A stretch of DNA of 64,000 nucleotides from Thermoanaerobaculia bacterium (GCA_046261875.1 JBHENW010000050.1:2875-66874), one strand, 5' to 3'. Counted from the first letter of the stretch, positions 1 through 9,895 are shown. The notes: generated by a model not told the origin, from the sequence alone. Numbers and translations: made by a program.

Positions 1-454
1 CGTCGCCAAAACGCTGGGCCTCGACGACGTGCTCGCTGAAGTGCTCCCGGGCCAAAAGGCCGAGATCGTGAAGCGGCTCCAGGGAGAGGGCCGAATCGTC
101 GCGATGGCTGGCGACGGTGTCAATGACGCGCCGGCCCTGGCTCAGGCGCAGGTCGGCATTGCGATGGGGACGGGCACCGACATCGCCATGGAGAGCGCCG
201 GGGTGACCTTGGTCAAAGGAGACCTCCGCGGCATCGTCCGGGCTCGGGCTCTTTCGCGCGCAACGATGCGCAACATCAAGCAGAATCTCTTCTTCGCTTT
301 CGTATACAACGCCCTCGGGGTCCCGGTCGCCGCAGGGGTCCTCTACCCGATCTTTGGCATTCTTCTCTCTCCGATCATGGCTGCTGCCGCAATGAGCTTC
401 AGCTCGGTCTCGGTCGTGGGCAACGCGCTGCGTCTGCGGCGGCTGCCGATCTGA
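1..454 (+). CDS. Heavy-metal translocating P-type ATPase (CopA/ZntA-like), C-terminal fragment; 5' end lies outside the window
   Basis: Frame-2 ORF reads from the window edge ([49 protein letters not shown]...). It contains the P-type ATPase hinge motif [10 protein letters not shown] and the C-terminal TM helices. Stop at 452-454. Confidence 0.8.
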   Translation, partial: VAKTLGLDDVLAEVLPGQKAEIVKRLQGEGRIVAMAGDGVNDAPALAQAQVGIAMGTGTDIAMESAGVTLVKGDLRGIVRARALSRATMRNIKQNLFFAFVYNALGVPVAAGVLYPIFGILLSPIMAAAAMSFSSVSVVGNALRLRRLPI

Positions 455-503
455 GCTCGCTGAATGTCAGCGGCCTGGAAAAGGGGCAGGTTTTCCAGCG
501 GGC

Positions 504-748
<245 letters not shown>

Positions 749-920
749 TACACGTCGGCTTCGCTTGCTCGGCTTGCCCTCGCTGCCTTCCGCCTCCCGC
801 GGCGCGAGCTCCTTCGCTCGGTTACTTCGCGGAGACTCCTCGCGCGCGAACCGGGGTTTTCCCTTTGGTGGCGCGAGCGATTTCGGGAATTCCGTGACCT
901 CGCGCGGATTCTAGAAGACC

Positions 921-2198
921 ATGCGATCGCCTCTCACGATCCTCGTCCCCGCCATCAGTCTGGTCACTTCCATCGCCGCCTGTAGCCCCCGCCCGGTGGA
1001 GCCGGGGCCCGACGGCGGGTCGCCGACTGCGACGCAGGGAACGACCGCGGGCACGGCCCCCTGCCGTCCGCTCGAGACCCGGAATCCGAGCGCATCCGGC
1101 CAGCGCCCGGCCTTTCCGGGCCAGACCCGAGCGTGCGCCGTCTCGTCGAACGTCGCATTCGCGGTCGTCGTTCTCGCGCGGGGGCTCGAGAATCCGTGGG
1201 CCGTCGAGCCGCTGCCGGGCGGGGACCTGCTCGTCACGGAGAAGCCGGGCCGCATGCGCATCGTCTCCACGGCGGGGGAGCTCGGAGAGCCGCTGGCGGG
1301 CGTGCCGAAAGTCGATGACCGGGGGCAGGGCGGGCTGCTCGACGTCGCGCTCAGCCCGCAGTTCGCGTCCGACCGGACCGTTTACTGGAGCTGCTCCGAG
1401 CCCCGGCAGGGCGGCAACGCGACGAGCGTCGCGCGCGCCGTGCTGTCGGCCGACCGCCAGCGGCTCGAAGGGGTGCGCGTGATCTTCCGGGCGATGCCAA
1501 CCTACGACGGTCGCGCGCACTACGGGTCCCGGCTCGTGTTCGCTCCCGACGGAATGCTCTTCGTGACGCTGGGCGAGCGCTCGGACATCCGGATCCGGCC
1601 CCAGGCCCAGGAGATGAACAGCCACATGGGCAAGATCCTGCGCATCCGGCCGGACGGGTCCGCGCCTCCGGACAATCCGTTCGTCGGGCAGGCCGGCGCG
1701 CTGCCGGAGATCTGGTCGCTCGGCCACAGGAACGTGCAAGCCGCGGCCCTGGATCCTTCCGGACGCCTCTGGGAAGTCGATCATGGTCCGCAGGGAGGCG
1801 ACGAGGTCAACCGGGTCGAGAAAGGAAAGAACTACGGCTGGCCGCTCGTCACCTACGGGGAGGAGTACTCGGGGGCTGCGATCCGCGGCGCGGTGACGGA
1901 CCGGCCCGGTTTCGAGCGCCCCCTGTATTACTGGGACCCCGTCATCGCGCCTTCCGGCGCCGAGTTCTACACCGGCGAGGCGTTCCCGGCGTGGCGCGGG
2001 AGCCTTTTTATCGGCGCCCTCCGCGATCAGAAGCTCGTGCGGCTGACCCTGGAGGGAAATCGGGTGACCGGAGAGGAGCATCTCCTCGCCGACCGGAAAC
2101 AACGCGTGCGCGACGTGCGCCAGGGGCCGGACGGGGCTCTGTACGTCGTCACGGACGAGAGCAACGGCGAGCTCTGGAAGATCACGCCGCGGCGCTGA
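921..2198 (+). CDS. PQQ-dependent soluble sugar (glucose/sorbosone) dehydrogenase family lipoprotein
   Basis: 425-aa ORF with a lipoprotein signal (LVTSIAAC). Beta-propeller sGDH-like motifs (LENPWAVEPLPGGDLLVTEKPGRMRIV, HMGKILRIRPDGS, DHGPQGGDEVN, KNYGWP). Confidence 0.75.
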   Translation: MRSPLTILVPAISLVTSIAACSPRPVEPGPDGGSPTATQGTTAGTAPCRPLETRNPSASGQRPAFPGQTRACAVSSNVAFAVVVLARGLENPWAVEPLPGGDLLVTEKPGRMRIVSTAGELGEPLAGVPKVDDRGQGGLLDVALSPQFASDRTVYWSCSEPRQGGNATSVARAVLSADRQRLEGVRVIFRAMPTYDGRAHYGSRLVFAPDGMLFVTLGERSDIRIRPQAQEMNSHMGKILRIRPDGSAPPDNPFVGQAGALPEIWSLGHRNVQAAALDPSGRLWEVDHGPQGGDEVNRVEKGKNYGWPLVTYGEEYSGAAIRGAVTDRPGFERPLYYWDPVIAPSGAEFYTGEAFPAWRGSLFIGALRDQKLVRLTLEGNRVTGEEHLLADRKQRVRDVRQGPDGALYVVTDESNGELWKITPRR

Positions 2199-2199
2199 G

Positions 2200-2652
2200 C
2201 TAGGAGGCCGCGGCTCTCCGGCCTCCGGCTCCCGCCTTCAGCAGCCATTCCTTCATGCGGGCGCTCGGCACCAGCCCCGCCTGCTGCGAAACGAGCAGGC
2301 CGCCCTTCAGCACGACGAAGTTCGGGATGCTCTGCACGTTGAACTCGGCGGCGAGCTGAGGATGCGCCTCGGTATCCACCTTCAGGACGATCGCTTCGCC
2401 CGCCATCTCCGCGGCCGTCTTCTCCACCTCCGGAGCCGCCGTACGGCAGGGGCCGCACCAGGCCGCCCAGAAATCGACGAGCACAGGGACGCGCGCCCCG
2501 CGCGTGATCTCCCGAAAGGTCTCCGGATCCGCCTCGATGGGCCGCGCGAGGGGCGTGATCTGGGTCTTGCAGGCTCCGCAACGGCCCACGTCGGTTAACC
2601 GCTCCGCCGGGGACCGGTTCTTCTTTCCGCAGTGGGAGCAGGTCGTGATCAT
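2200..2652 (-). CDS. trxC: Thioredoxin, Trx2 type (N-terminal CxxC..CxxC zinc finger plus WCGPC active site); no stop separates it from the upstream hydrolase ORF
   Basis: C-terminal 150 aa of the 794-aa ORF: MITTCSHCGKKNRSPAERLTDVGRCGACKTQI...VLVDFWAAWCGPCRTAAPEVEK...IPNFVVLKGG. Internal ATG at 2652..2650. Confidence 0.7.
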   Translation of the reverse strand: MITTCSHCGKKNRSPAERLTDVGRCGACKTQITPLARPIEADPETFREITRGARVPVLVDFWAAWCGPCRTAAPEVEKTAAEMAGEAIVLKVDTEAHPQLAAEFNVQSIPNFVVLKGGLLVSQQAGLVPSARMKEWLLKAGAGGRRAAAS

Positions 2653-4488
2653 GCCGGCCTGTCGTTGCAACGGGCCTGCCGGGATCAGAGGCCCGGCCCC
2701 CGGTTTACGGCCCGGACGCTCGGCAACGGCCGGAAGGATGTGCTCAGGCACATAGACCCGCTGGGGGATGAAGAGGGCGGGGTCGCTGTAATTGCCGCCC
2801 ATGAAGCCGATCATCACGTCCAGCTCCGGGACGCCCATGACGACCTGGCCGCCGTTGCCTCCCGCGAAGAACGCGCGAACCTTCCGCCCCCGATAGGGAT
2901 ACTCCGTCACCCACCACTGATAGCCGTAGTGATAGGCGCGCAGCGGGTAGAGCGGCGAGACCGACCGCCGCGCCCAGTCCTCGCCGATTATCCGGCGGTC
3001 CTTCCAGCGGCCGCCGTCCATCATGAGCTGGCCGAGCTTGAGGAAGTCGCGCGGAAGCAAGTGTGTCCCGCCGCCCATGTACGCGTCGCCGGTCGGCGTG
3101 AGGTTCATGGCGTATCGCCCGAACTGCAGGGGCGTGGCGACCAGCTCGTGGTAGAGCTCGGGAAGCCAGCGCCCCGTCGCGCGCCCGAGGACGCCGCCGA
3201 TGAGGTTGGAAACGCCGCTGCAATAGACCGCCTTCTCGCCCGGTCGGCGGACCAGCCGGAGGTTCAGCATGAAGCGGTACCAGTCCGGCTCCTCCGTCTG
3301 TTCCTGCATCGTGTCTTCCTGGCCCGGAGATTTTGGATCGGCGTCGTCGCAGTCGAGACCGGGCGACATCGTCAGGAGGGTCTCCAACGTCATCGCCCGG
3401 CGCCGCGGGTCGCTGTCGCGCGCCGCGGCCGCGCCTCGCAGGGCGTCGTCCACGATGGTCGTCGTCGCGACCGGCAAGCCGCGATGGATGGCGGCGCCGG
3501 CCAGCACGGATGTCGCGCTCTTCGAGGCCGAGCGCGTGTCATGCGGCTCGTCCCGGTGAAAGCCGTGGAAGTACTCCTCCAGGACGAGCTTGCCGTGCCG
3601 CGCGATCAGCACCGCGTGCACGTCGGATGCATGAACGGAGTCCATCGGAACGTCGAGCAGCGTCCGGACGAAGCGCTCGATCGCCTCGCGCGAGATCCCC
3701 GCTTCGTCGAGGGATCCGACCGCCCAGCCGTCGGCGGTCTTCGGCGGGGGCCGGTAAGCGTAGGGTTCGCGCGGCTGGCCCCGCGGATAGAAAGCGGCCT
3801 CGTCCGCCGCGGACGCCCGCTGGAAGTCGTAGGTTCCGCCGCGCCAGGGCAGGTAGATCGAGATCCGCTGGCTTTCCGGGTCGAAGGTCCCTTCGGCTAC
3901 GGTCGTCCGGGGCGCCTGGTCGGAGCGGCGGCCGAGCAGCTTGACGGAGCGGCCGTCGATCGCGATCTGCTCCACGCCGAGAAAGCGTCCCAGGTTCCGC
4001 TCGGGGTTGCGCAGGAAGGCCCCCATCGTGCCGTCCTCGTTGCGCCGGACCGGCATATAGATCGTGTTCCGGTCCTCCAGCGGCTCGACGGTTCCTCGCC
4101 ACCGGTCCGGCCCGTCGGGTTCCATGAAAACCGGTGTCGCCCACCCGTACCGGTGCGACGCCGTGCTCGACTGAATCCAGTGGCCGACGATCCGGCCTTT
4201 CGAAGAGCGTCCACGGAAGTCCCCCTCGGCATCCGCGAGCTGGAAGGAGACGCGGTCGCCTTCGAAGCGCACCGGAGCGATCCGCCCGGCGATCTCCGCG
4301 CGGCCCCGCGTTCCCTCGCGCGTGATGAGGAGGGTTCCCCGAATCTGCGGACCGAAGTGGCGGCGCGCGCTCCAGAGCCCCACGATCTCGGACCCGGACG
4401 AGGGCGGATCGGTGCGCGCCGCCGTCCCGGCCGCGCTCAGCGTGGCGACGGCGATCAGGGACGCGATGAGTCGGTTCGCTTGTCTCAT
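2653..4488 (-). CDS. Secreted beta-lactamase-family serine hydrolase (S-x-x-K motif SASKSAT), reading through into the trx ORF without a stop
   Basis: Signal peptide MRQANRLIASLIAVATLSAAGTAA (ATG at 4488). Beta-lactamase/esterase-like core (HASDVHAVLIARHGKLVLEEYFHGF...RSASKSATSVLAGAAI). Confidence 0.65.
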
Positions 4489-5147
4489 GATTCCTCCACG
4501 GCCGGACCCTTCCCCTCGCCCTCTTCGAGCCACGCGGCGATGGGTCCGCTTCCGATCTCCATGTTCCGCCGCAGCAGGGCGCATGCCTCGTCCAGGTCAC
4601 CCGCCCGGAGCGCGCCGAGGACCGCCTCGTGGCTGTGGATCGACCCTTCCACGTTGCGGCGCTCGCGCATCAGGGCGAGCTCGTAGCGCCGGGTCCGCCG
4701 CATGAATTGTTCGATCAGGGCAACGAGGATGCGGTTGGTGCACCCGTCGACCAGTTCGAGGTGCCACGCGTCGTCGAGTCGGATGACGGCTCCCGGATCG
4801 GAGGTCTCGCGAAGTTTTCGGTTGAGCGCGGCAAGCCGGTCCAGGCGTTTCCGAGAGGGAACTCCGGCGAGCCGGAGCGCTTCGGGATCGAGCATCGCTC
4901 GAATGGGGTAGATCTCCCGAAATTCCTCGAGTGTCAGGGGCCGGACGAAAAACCCCGAGCGGGGGAGAACGCTCAACGCGCCTTCGGCCGCGAGACGTAC
5001 GAGCGCCTCGCGCAGAGGGGTCCGGCTGATCCCCAGCGCGGCGGAAAGGCGGACTTCGTTGACCCGCGACCCCGCGGCGAGCCGGCCGTCGAAGATCATT
5101 TCGCGCAACGCCTCGCAGGCGGCGTCGCTGAGGTTCGCGCGAAGCAA
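4485..5147 (-). CDS. GntR-family transcriptional regulator (FadR/FCD subfamily)
   Basis: 220-aa ORF. N-terminal wHTH (RVNEVRLSAALGISRTPLREALVRLAAEGAL) and C-terminal FCD-like helical domain. The stop overlaps the hydrolase start. Confidence 0.8.
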   Translation of the reverse strand: MLRANLSDAACEALREMIFDGRLAAGSRVNEVRLSAALGISRTPLREALVRLAAEGALSVLPRSGFFVRPLTLEEFREIYPIRAMLDPEALRLAGVPSRKRLDRLAALNRKLRETSDPGAVIRLDDAWHLELVDGCTNRILVALIEQFMRRTRRYELALMRERRNVEGSIHSHEAVLGALRAGDLDEACALLRRNMEIGSGPIAAWLEEGEGKGPAVEES

Positions 5148-5163
5148 TTTGTCTACGGACAGC

Positions 5164-5173
5164 CTGTATACAG
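5164..5173. promoter_or_regulatory. Perfect 10-bp palindrome CTGTATACAG 17 bp upstream of the gntR-family gene start; fits the GntR operator core (GT-N3-AC)
   Basis: Seen directly in the 5148-5358 intergenic region. Hand-read coordinates, +/-1 nt. Confidence 0.3.
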
Positions 5174-5358
5174 TATTTCAGTACGCGGGGAGTGCCCGGA
5201 GATTTGCGGATGACGGGCTTGACTTGCGCCTTTTTCTCGCCTAGGCTCTGCGTGTGAAGGCCGATGGGCTGTCTCGAGGCCACGGGACGGCCGCGGTGGT
5301 CCCCTCGGCCTTACTTTTTAAACTCTCGGTGGCCATTTGCCATACGAAATAAGGAACA

Positions 5359-5964
5359 TTGATGAACCTCACGAAGAGACAGAAAGAAATTCTGGATTTC
5401 ATCAAAAAGTACCGGGCGGACCAGGGGATCTCGCCGACCCAACGTGAAATCCGGGAGAAGTTCGAGCTCTCTTCCTTCGGCACGGTTCAGAAGCATCTAA
5501 AAAGGCTCGAGGAAAAAGGCGCCCTTTCGCGCGAATGGAACCGCAGCCGGGGAATTTCCCCCTTCGCGGAGACCGGCGCCCGGGTGGCTCTGCTCGGGTC
5601 CGTCGCGGCCGGCCGCCCCATCGAGCCTTTTCCCGACGAGGAATCCATCGAGGTCCCCGCGTCCCTCTTGGGCAAGGGCGAGCACTTCGTCTTACGCGTG
5701 CGCGGCGATTCCATGGTCGAAGACGGAATCCGCGACGGCGATTACGTGATCGTCGCCAAACGGGCGAGCGCTCAGAACGGACAGACAGTCGTGGCTCTGA
5801 TCCGCGGAGAGGCGACCTTGAAGCGCTACTACCTCGAGGGCGGCCGGATCCGACTCCAGCCGGCGAACACGCTCATGAAGCCCCTGACCGTTGATGCGCG
5901 CGACGTCACCGTCCAGGGGGTCGTGACCGGCTTGATCCGGGACTACTCCGCCTCGGCCCGCTGA
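5359..5964 (+). CDS. lexA: LexA repressor (SOS regulator, S24 peptidase)
   Basis: MNLTKRQKEILDFIKKY...GTVQKHLKRLEEKG (wHTH) and the C-terminal VRGDSM..DGI.DGDYVIV...NGQTVVALI catalytic domain (Ser/Lys dyad region). Likely ATG at 5362. Confidence 0.9.
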   Translation: MMNLTKRQKEILDFIKKYRADQGISPTQREIREKFELSSFGTVQKHLKRLEEKGALSREWNRSRGISPFAETGARVALLGSVAAGRPIEPFPDEESIEVPASLLGKGEHFVLRVRGDSMVEDGIRDGDYVIVAKRASAQNGQTVVALIRGEATLKRYYLEGGRIRLQPANTLMKPLTVDARDVTVQGVVTGLIRDYSASAR

Positions 5965-6048
5965 TCGGGGCCGGAGGGCCGAGCCGCGCTCACGCGAAGG
6001 GCCTTGCGGTCCCCGGGGCCTTTCGGGGTCGGATAAAATGCAGGCGAC

Positions 6049-6124
6049 GGCGACGTACCCAAGTGGTTAAGGGAGAGGTCTGCAAAACCTTTATTCGGCG
6101 GTTCGAATCCGCCCGTCGCCTCCA
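6049..6124 (+). tRNA. tRNA-Cys (anticodon GCA)
   Basis: Cloverleaf: acceptor GGCGACG/CGTCGCC, anticodon loop CTGCAAA, T-arm GGCGG-TTCGAAT-CCGCC, encoded CCA. Hand-folded; ends +/-2 nt. Confidence 0.8.
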
Positions 6125-6209
6125 AAGACGTAAAGCGTAAACGCAAAACGTAAAACGGCGAGGGAGGGGACATGTCGGCTCTCCACGTTTTACGTTTGCC
6201 GTTTCACGG

Positions 6210-6299
6210 GCCGGAGTGGCGGAACTTGGTAGACGCACGGGACTTAAAATCCCGAGGGCTGCGAGGCCCGTGCCGGTTCGATTCCGGCCTCCGGCACCA
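6210..6299 (+). tRNA. tRNA-Leu (anticodon TAA) with long variable arm
   Basis: Acceptor GCCGGAG/CTCCGGC, anticodon stem-loop CGGGA-CTTAAAA-TCCCG, variable arm GGGC-TGCGAG-GCCC, T-arm GCCGG-TTCGATT-CCGGC, encoded ACCA. Hand-folded. Confidence 0.8.
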
Positions 6300-6316
6300 T
6301 CCGCGAAAGTGAGGCT

Positions 6317-7033
6317 TTGTTGAGCACGGTCACCGAGACCCTCTCGGACTTCCAGGTCCGCCTGGGATACAGCTTCCGCGAACCCGCGCTGCTCGCGCGC
6401 GCCCTGACCCATCGGTCCTTCACCAACGAGCACCGCGACCCGCGATCCCCCAACAACGAGCGGCTGGAGTTCCTGGGCGACACGGTCCTCGGTTTCGTGG
6501 TGGGCGAGTACATCTACCGCGCCTTTCCGAATCTCCAGGAAGGGGCTTTGTCGAAGATCAAGGCACACCTCGTCTCCGCGACGATGCTCGCCGCGAAGGC
6601 GCGGGAGCTGGGAATCGGAAGGTTCCTCCGGATGGGGACCGGGGAGGCCCGGTCGGGTGGGGCCGAAAAGCTCTCCCTTCTCGCCGACGCTTTCGAGGCC
6701 GTGGTGGCCGCGGTCTACCTCGACGGAGGCCTCTCGGCGGCGGAGACGCTCGTGCGGAGGGTTTTCGCGCCCGACGTCGCCGGCATCGACATCGGGGACC
6801 TCTCTTTTCACGATTACAAGACGGCGCTGCAGGAGTGCGCGCAGAGTCTCGGCCTTCCTCTCCCGGAATATCGCGTCGTGGACGAGTACGGGCCGGACCA
6901 CGAGAAGTCCTTCGTCGTGGAGGCCTTCTGGGACGGGGTGGCCTTCGCTTACGGGCGCGGCAGCTCGAAGCGGGAAGCGCAGCGCAAGGCCGCCAAGGAG
7001 GCGCTCAAGAAGCTGGGGAGACTCCCGCCGTAG
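6317..7033 (+). CDS. rnc: Ribonuclease III
   Basis: 238 aa with the RNase III signature ERLEFLGDTVLGFVVGEYIY and a C-terminal dsRBD. Confidence 0.9.
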   Translation: MLSTVTETLSDFQVRLGYSFREPALLARALTHRSFTNEHRDPRSPNNERLEFLGDTVLGFVVGEYIYRAFPNLQEGALSKIKAHLVSATMLAAKARELGIGRFLRMGTGEARSGGAEKLSLLADAFEAVVAAVYLDGGLSAAETLVRRVFAPDVAGIDIGDLSFHDYKTALQECAQSLGLPLPEYRVVDEYGPDHEKSFVVEAFWDGVAFAYGRGSSKREAQRKAAKEALKKLGRLPP

Positions 7034-7068
7034 TGGCGGCGGGGAAGACACGACCGCAGGAGCCGACG

Positions 7069-8787
7069 CTAAGGAGCTCTGGCCAGCCGTTCGAGGAATT
7101 TGTCCGCGTCCTCGAATCCCACGAGGCGCAGATCGGTTCGCTCCTGTCCCGCCCCGTCCAGGAAGACGATGGTCGGTACTCCCAGCACGCGGAACTTGTT
7201 CGTCAGGGCGAGTGCCTCCGCCGTTCCGCCGCGAGTGAGGTCCACTTTGAAGAGGGCTCGCTGCGAAAGCTCCTTCTGCACGCGTTCGTCGGAGAACGTG
7301 CGCTGGTCGAGCTCGAGACACGGCACGCACCAGTCGGCGGTGAAATCTAGCACCGCGGGGCGGCCCGACTCGGCCAGGCCGGTCTCTGTGTAGGGCTGCC
7401 ACCCGAGCGCCTTGCGCGGGTAGAAGAACGCGGCGCCCGCCAGAAAGAGAACGGCCGTGGCAAAGCGCGCCAGCCGCGCGAGGCCGAAGCCCCGGATGAG
7501 CAGGACGATCGCGCCGAGGACGAGCGTCGCCGGCAGCAGCCACTCGCTCCAGGGCCGCGGGAGGACAAGCCGGAGGAAGTACGCGGCCATTGCGAGGAGA
7601 AGCCAGCCGAAGACTTTTTTCACGCCCTCCATCCATTCCCCGGCGCGCGGGAGGCGAGAGAGGCTCCCCGAGAAAAGCGCGAGGAAGAGATAGGGCAGGC
7701 CGAGCCCGAGGGAAAGCACGCCGAAGAAGAGCACACCGAGGAGCAGGTTGCGGCGCTCCGCGACGAATGCGAGGAGCCCGAGCGTGAACGGAGCGACGCA
7801 GGGGGCCGCGACGATGCCGACGAGGAGTCCCATTCCGAAGGCCCCGGCGGCTCCGGTGCGAGACCCGCCCCCCGCCAGGCGCATCAGGACCGTCGGCGTC
7901 TTCAGTTCATAGAGTCCGAACATGGAGAGGGCGAGGGCGACCAGGATCGCGGCGATGCCCGTCAGAACCCACCGGTTCTGAAGAGCCGCGCCGAAGAGCT
8001 GGCCGGAGAGGGATGCAGCGACACCGAGGGCCGAGTACATGACCACGATCCCCAGCACGTACAGGGAGGCAAGGGTCAGGATCCGGCCGCGGCTCCCGGC
8101 CGCCTGACGGCCGAAAAATCCCACCGTCAGCGGGATGACCGGGTAGACGCAGGGGGTCAGGTTCAGCGCCAGCCCGCCGACGAATAGGCTGAGGAGGACG
8201 AGGAGGTAACCCCGGTCGGCGAGGTTGCGTCCGAACTCGCTCTCCGCGACCGCCTGACCGGAAACCGCGGGCGCCGCGCTCAAGGGCACCGCGCCGCCCG
8301 GCAGGCCCCCCGTCACGCCGGCGGCCCCCCCGGCGCTCTCCCCGGTCCGGAAGGCGGCCGTAGCCGGGGGAAGGCACTGCGTGTCGTTGCAGGCCTGATA
8401 CTCGAGCTGCCCGGCGAGGACGGGCGGAGAAGCGGAGCCCCAGCGGACAGGCACCGCGATCACGAACTGCCCCTCGTAAACGGAGAGGGGACTTTTCGAG
8501 AACGAGAACTTGCGCATGACGCCGGGCGGATAGACGGGGTCGTCCCAGCGCACGCCGGGGATCGGGCTGGAAGTCAGCGCCGTCGGGATCAGGTAGTCCT
8601 CCGACGGCCGGTGGCTGTTGACGTGCCATCCCTCCGCGATGCGGACCTGTACCCGCAGCGTCCCCCGGCCCGGCTCGGCGGTCTCGACCCGGGCGCTCAC
8701 CTCGACCAGGTCGGCCGGTCTCTGCGCGGCCGCCGGAGCGGCCGCGAGCGGGGCGAGACACGTCGCGAGCAGCGCGAGCCGCTTCAT
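7069..8787 (-). CDS. dsbD: Thiol:disulfide interchange protein DsbD (CcdA-like membrane core plus C-terminal thioredoxin domain)
   Basis: 572 aa. Signal peptide, N-terminal DsbD alpha-like domain, multi-TM core with LNLTPCVYPVIP and AAPCVAPF motifs, C-terminal Trx domain (DFTADWCVPC). Confidence 0.85.
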   Translation of the reverse strand: MKRLALLATCLAPLAAAPAAAQRPADLVEVSARVETAEPGRGTLRVQVRIAEGWHVNSHRPSEDYLIPTALTSSPIPGVRWDDPVYPPGVMRKFSFSKSPLSVYEGQFVIAVPVRWGSASPPVLAGQLEYQACNDTQCLPPATAAFRTGESAGGAAGVTGGLPGGAVPLSAAPAVSGQAVAESEFGRNLADRGYLLVLLSLFVGGLALNLTPCVYPVIPLTVGFFGRQAAGSRGRILTLASLYVLGIVVMYSALGVAASLSGQLFGAALQNRWVLTGIAAILVALALSMFGLYELKTPTVLMRLAGGGSRTGAAGAFGMGLLVGIVAAPCVAPFTLGLLAFVAERRNLLLGVLFFGVLSLGLGLPYLFLALFSGSLSRLPRAGEWMEGVKKVFGWLLLAMAAYFLRLVLPRPWSEWLLPATLVLGAIVLLIRGFGLARLARFATAVLFLAGAAFFYPRKALGWQPYTETGLAESGRPAVLDFTADWCVPCLELDQRTFSDERVQKELSQRALFKVDLTRGGTAEALALTNKFRVLGVPTIVFLDGAGQERTDLRLVGFEDADKFLERLARAP

Positions 8788-9698
8788 GGCTTGCCGACGG
8801 CCGATTCCAGCTTCTGGACGAGCTCCTGGACCTGGGCCAGGTGGGGAGACTTCGGATGGTCCTTCACGAACTTCCGGAAGAGGACCAGCGCTTCAGCCGG
8901 CTTGTTCTCGGCCAGCGGAATCTGCGCCCGGAAGAGCTCCGCGCGCTCCCGCCGCTCGCCGCTCTTCGTCGTCGCGATGAGGCGGTCGATCGTCCGACGC
9001 GCCGCCGCAGGTCTCGCCAGCTCCATCTCGACGGCCGCCAGGACCTCCCGCGCTTCGTCGCGCTGGGCCGCGGTCGCTTTCGGGTGGGAGGCGGCGCGCA
9101 CGAGCCGCGGAAGGGCGGCGCCCGGGTCGGATCGCTCGTAGAGCTCGCGGCCGGTGGTCAGAGCTTCCCCCGCAGGCAGCCGCGGGACGTCCTGCGCTTC
9201 GACCTTTCGAGCGAACTTGCGGTACGCGTCGAGGTCCTGATGCACGTGTCGGTAGAAGTCGGGGGCGTTCATGAAACCTTCCATGCGGAAGACGATGCGC
9301 CCCTCGGGGGAGAGGATCAGGATCGCGGGCGCCTCGTGGACTCCGTACCGGTCGCGCAGCTCCCGGGCCGCGGCGGATTCCAGATCCACCTTGACGGGCA
9401 CCATCCCGATCAGCAGCGCCTCGAAATCGAAGGCGGGGTAGAGGAGGCTCTTCATGCGCTGGCAGTTCCCGCACTCCTCGTTCTCGAACTCGACGAAGAC
9501 GAGCTTGTTCTCGGCGACCGCGCGGGAGCGGGCCTCCTCCGGGTCCGCCGCCCAGACGGCGTTGCCGGGGCTCTGCAGGACCCGGGGCCCGTCGTTGGGG
9601 AGCTCCTGGGCCGTCGCGGCGCCCGCGGAGAGGATGATGAGGGCGCTCAGTCGCAGCGCGAGCTTCAAGCTGGCTTCTCCATCGGTGATGGTCTGCAA
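8784..9698 (-). CDS. Secreted thioredoxin-fold protein (CGNC active site) with C-terminal helical/TPR-like extension
   Basis: Signal-peptide-like N-terminus, LVFVEFENEECGNCQRM Trx motif. Overlaps dsbD by 4 nt (operon). Confidence 0.7.
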   Translation of the reverse strand: MQTITDGEASLKLALRLSALIILSAGAATAQELPNDGPRVLQSPGNAVWAADPEEARSRAVAENKLVFVEFENEECGNCQRMKSLLYPAFDFEALLIGMVPVKVDLESAAARELRDRYGVHEAPAILILSPEGRIVFRMEGFMNAPDFYRHVHQDLDAYRKFARKVEAQDVPRLPAGEALTTGRELYERSDPGAALPRLVRAASHPKATAAQRDEAREVLAAVEMELARPAAARRTIDRLIATTKSGERRERAELFRAQIPLAENKPAEALVLFRKFVKDHPKSPHLAQVQELVQKLESAVGKP

Positions 9699-9748
9699 AC
9701 GCCCGGCGCGGGCGCGGAATTCCAGAGTCTCCTCAACGGTTTGACAGC

Positions 9749-9777
9749 CTCTGGCCCCTTTGCTACGGTAGCGCGCC
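9749..9777 (+). promoter_or_regulatory. Putative sigma70-type promoter for tRNA-Phe (TTGACA-17 nt-TACGGT)
   Basis: TTGACAgcctctggcccctttgcTACGGT ends about 4 nt upstream of the tRNA 5' end. Confidence 0.3.
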
Positions 9778-9780
9778 CTC

Positions 9781-9856
9781 GCCCAGGTAGCTCAGTTGGT
9801 AGAGCAAGGGACTGAAAATCCCTGTGTCGGCGGTTCAATTCCGTCCCTGGGCACCA
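9781..9856 (+). tRNA. tRNA-Phe (anticodon GAA)
   Basis: GCCCAGGTAGCTCAGTTGGTAGAGC...anticodon loop CTGAAAA...GGTTCAATTCC...CCTGGGCACCA; canonical 76-nt cloverleaf. Confidence 0.9.
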
Positions 9857-9895
9857 CCCCGCAGAGCGGCCGCACCGCCCGGCTAAGATCTCCAT

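Noticed and set aside
2632-4686. Long antisense ORFs throughout the window (for example 2632..4686 +, 10933..12711 -, 13022..14923 +, 15991..17793 +, 26191..29661 +, 40466..43912 +, 47649..49190 -, 55770..57632 + upstream part)
   Set aside because: They overlap well-supported genes on the opposite strand. They are Arg/Ala/Pro/Gly-rich, low-complexity and lack recognisable domains. This is the expected stop-codon-poor artefact of a high-GC sequence.
5164-5173. CTGTATACAG as an E. coli-type LexA SOS box
   Set aside because: E. coli-type boxes are CTGT-N8-ACAG; here the half-sites are separated by 2 nt. Its position immediately upstream of the GntR-family gene fits a GntR operator better.
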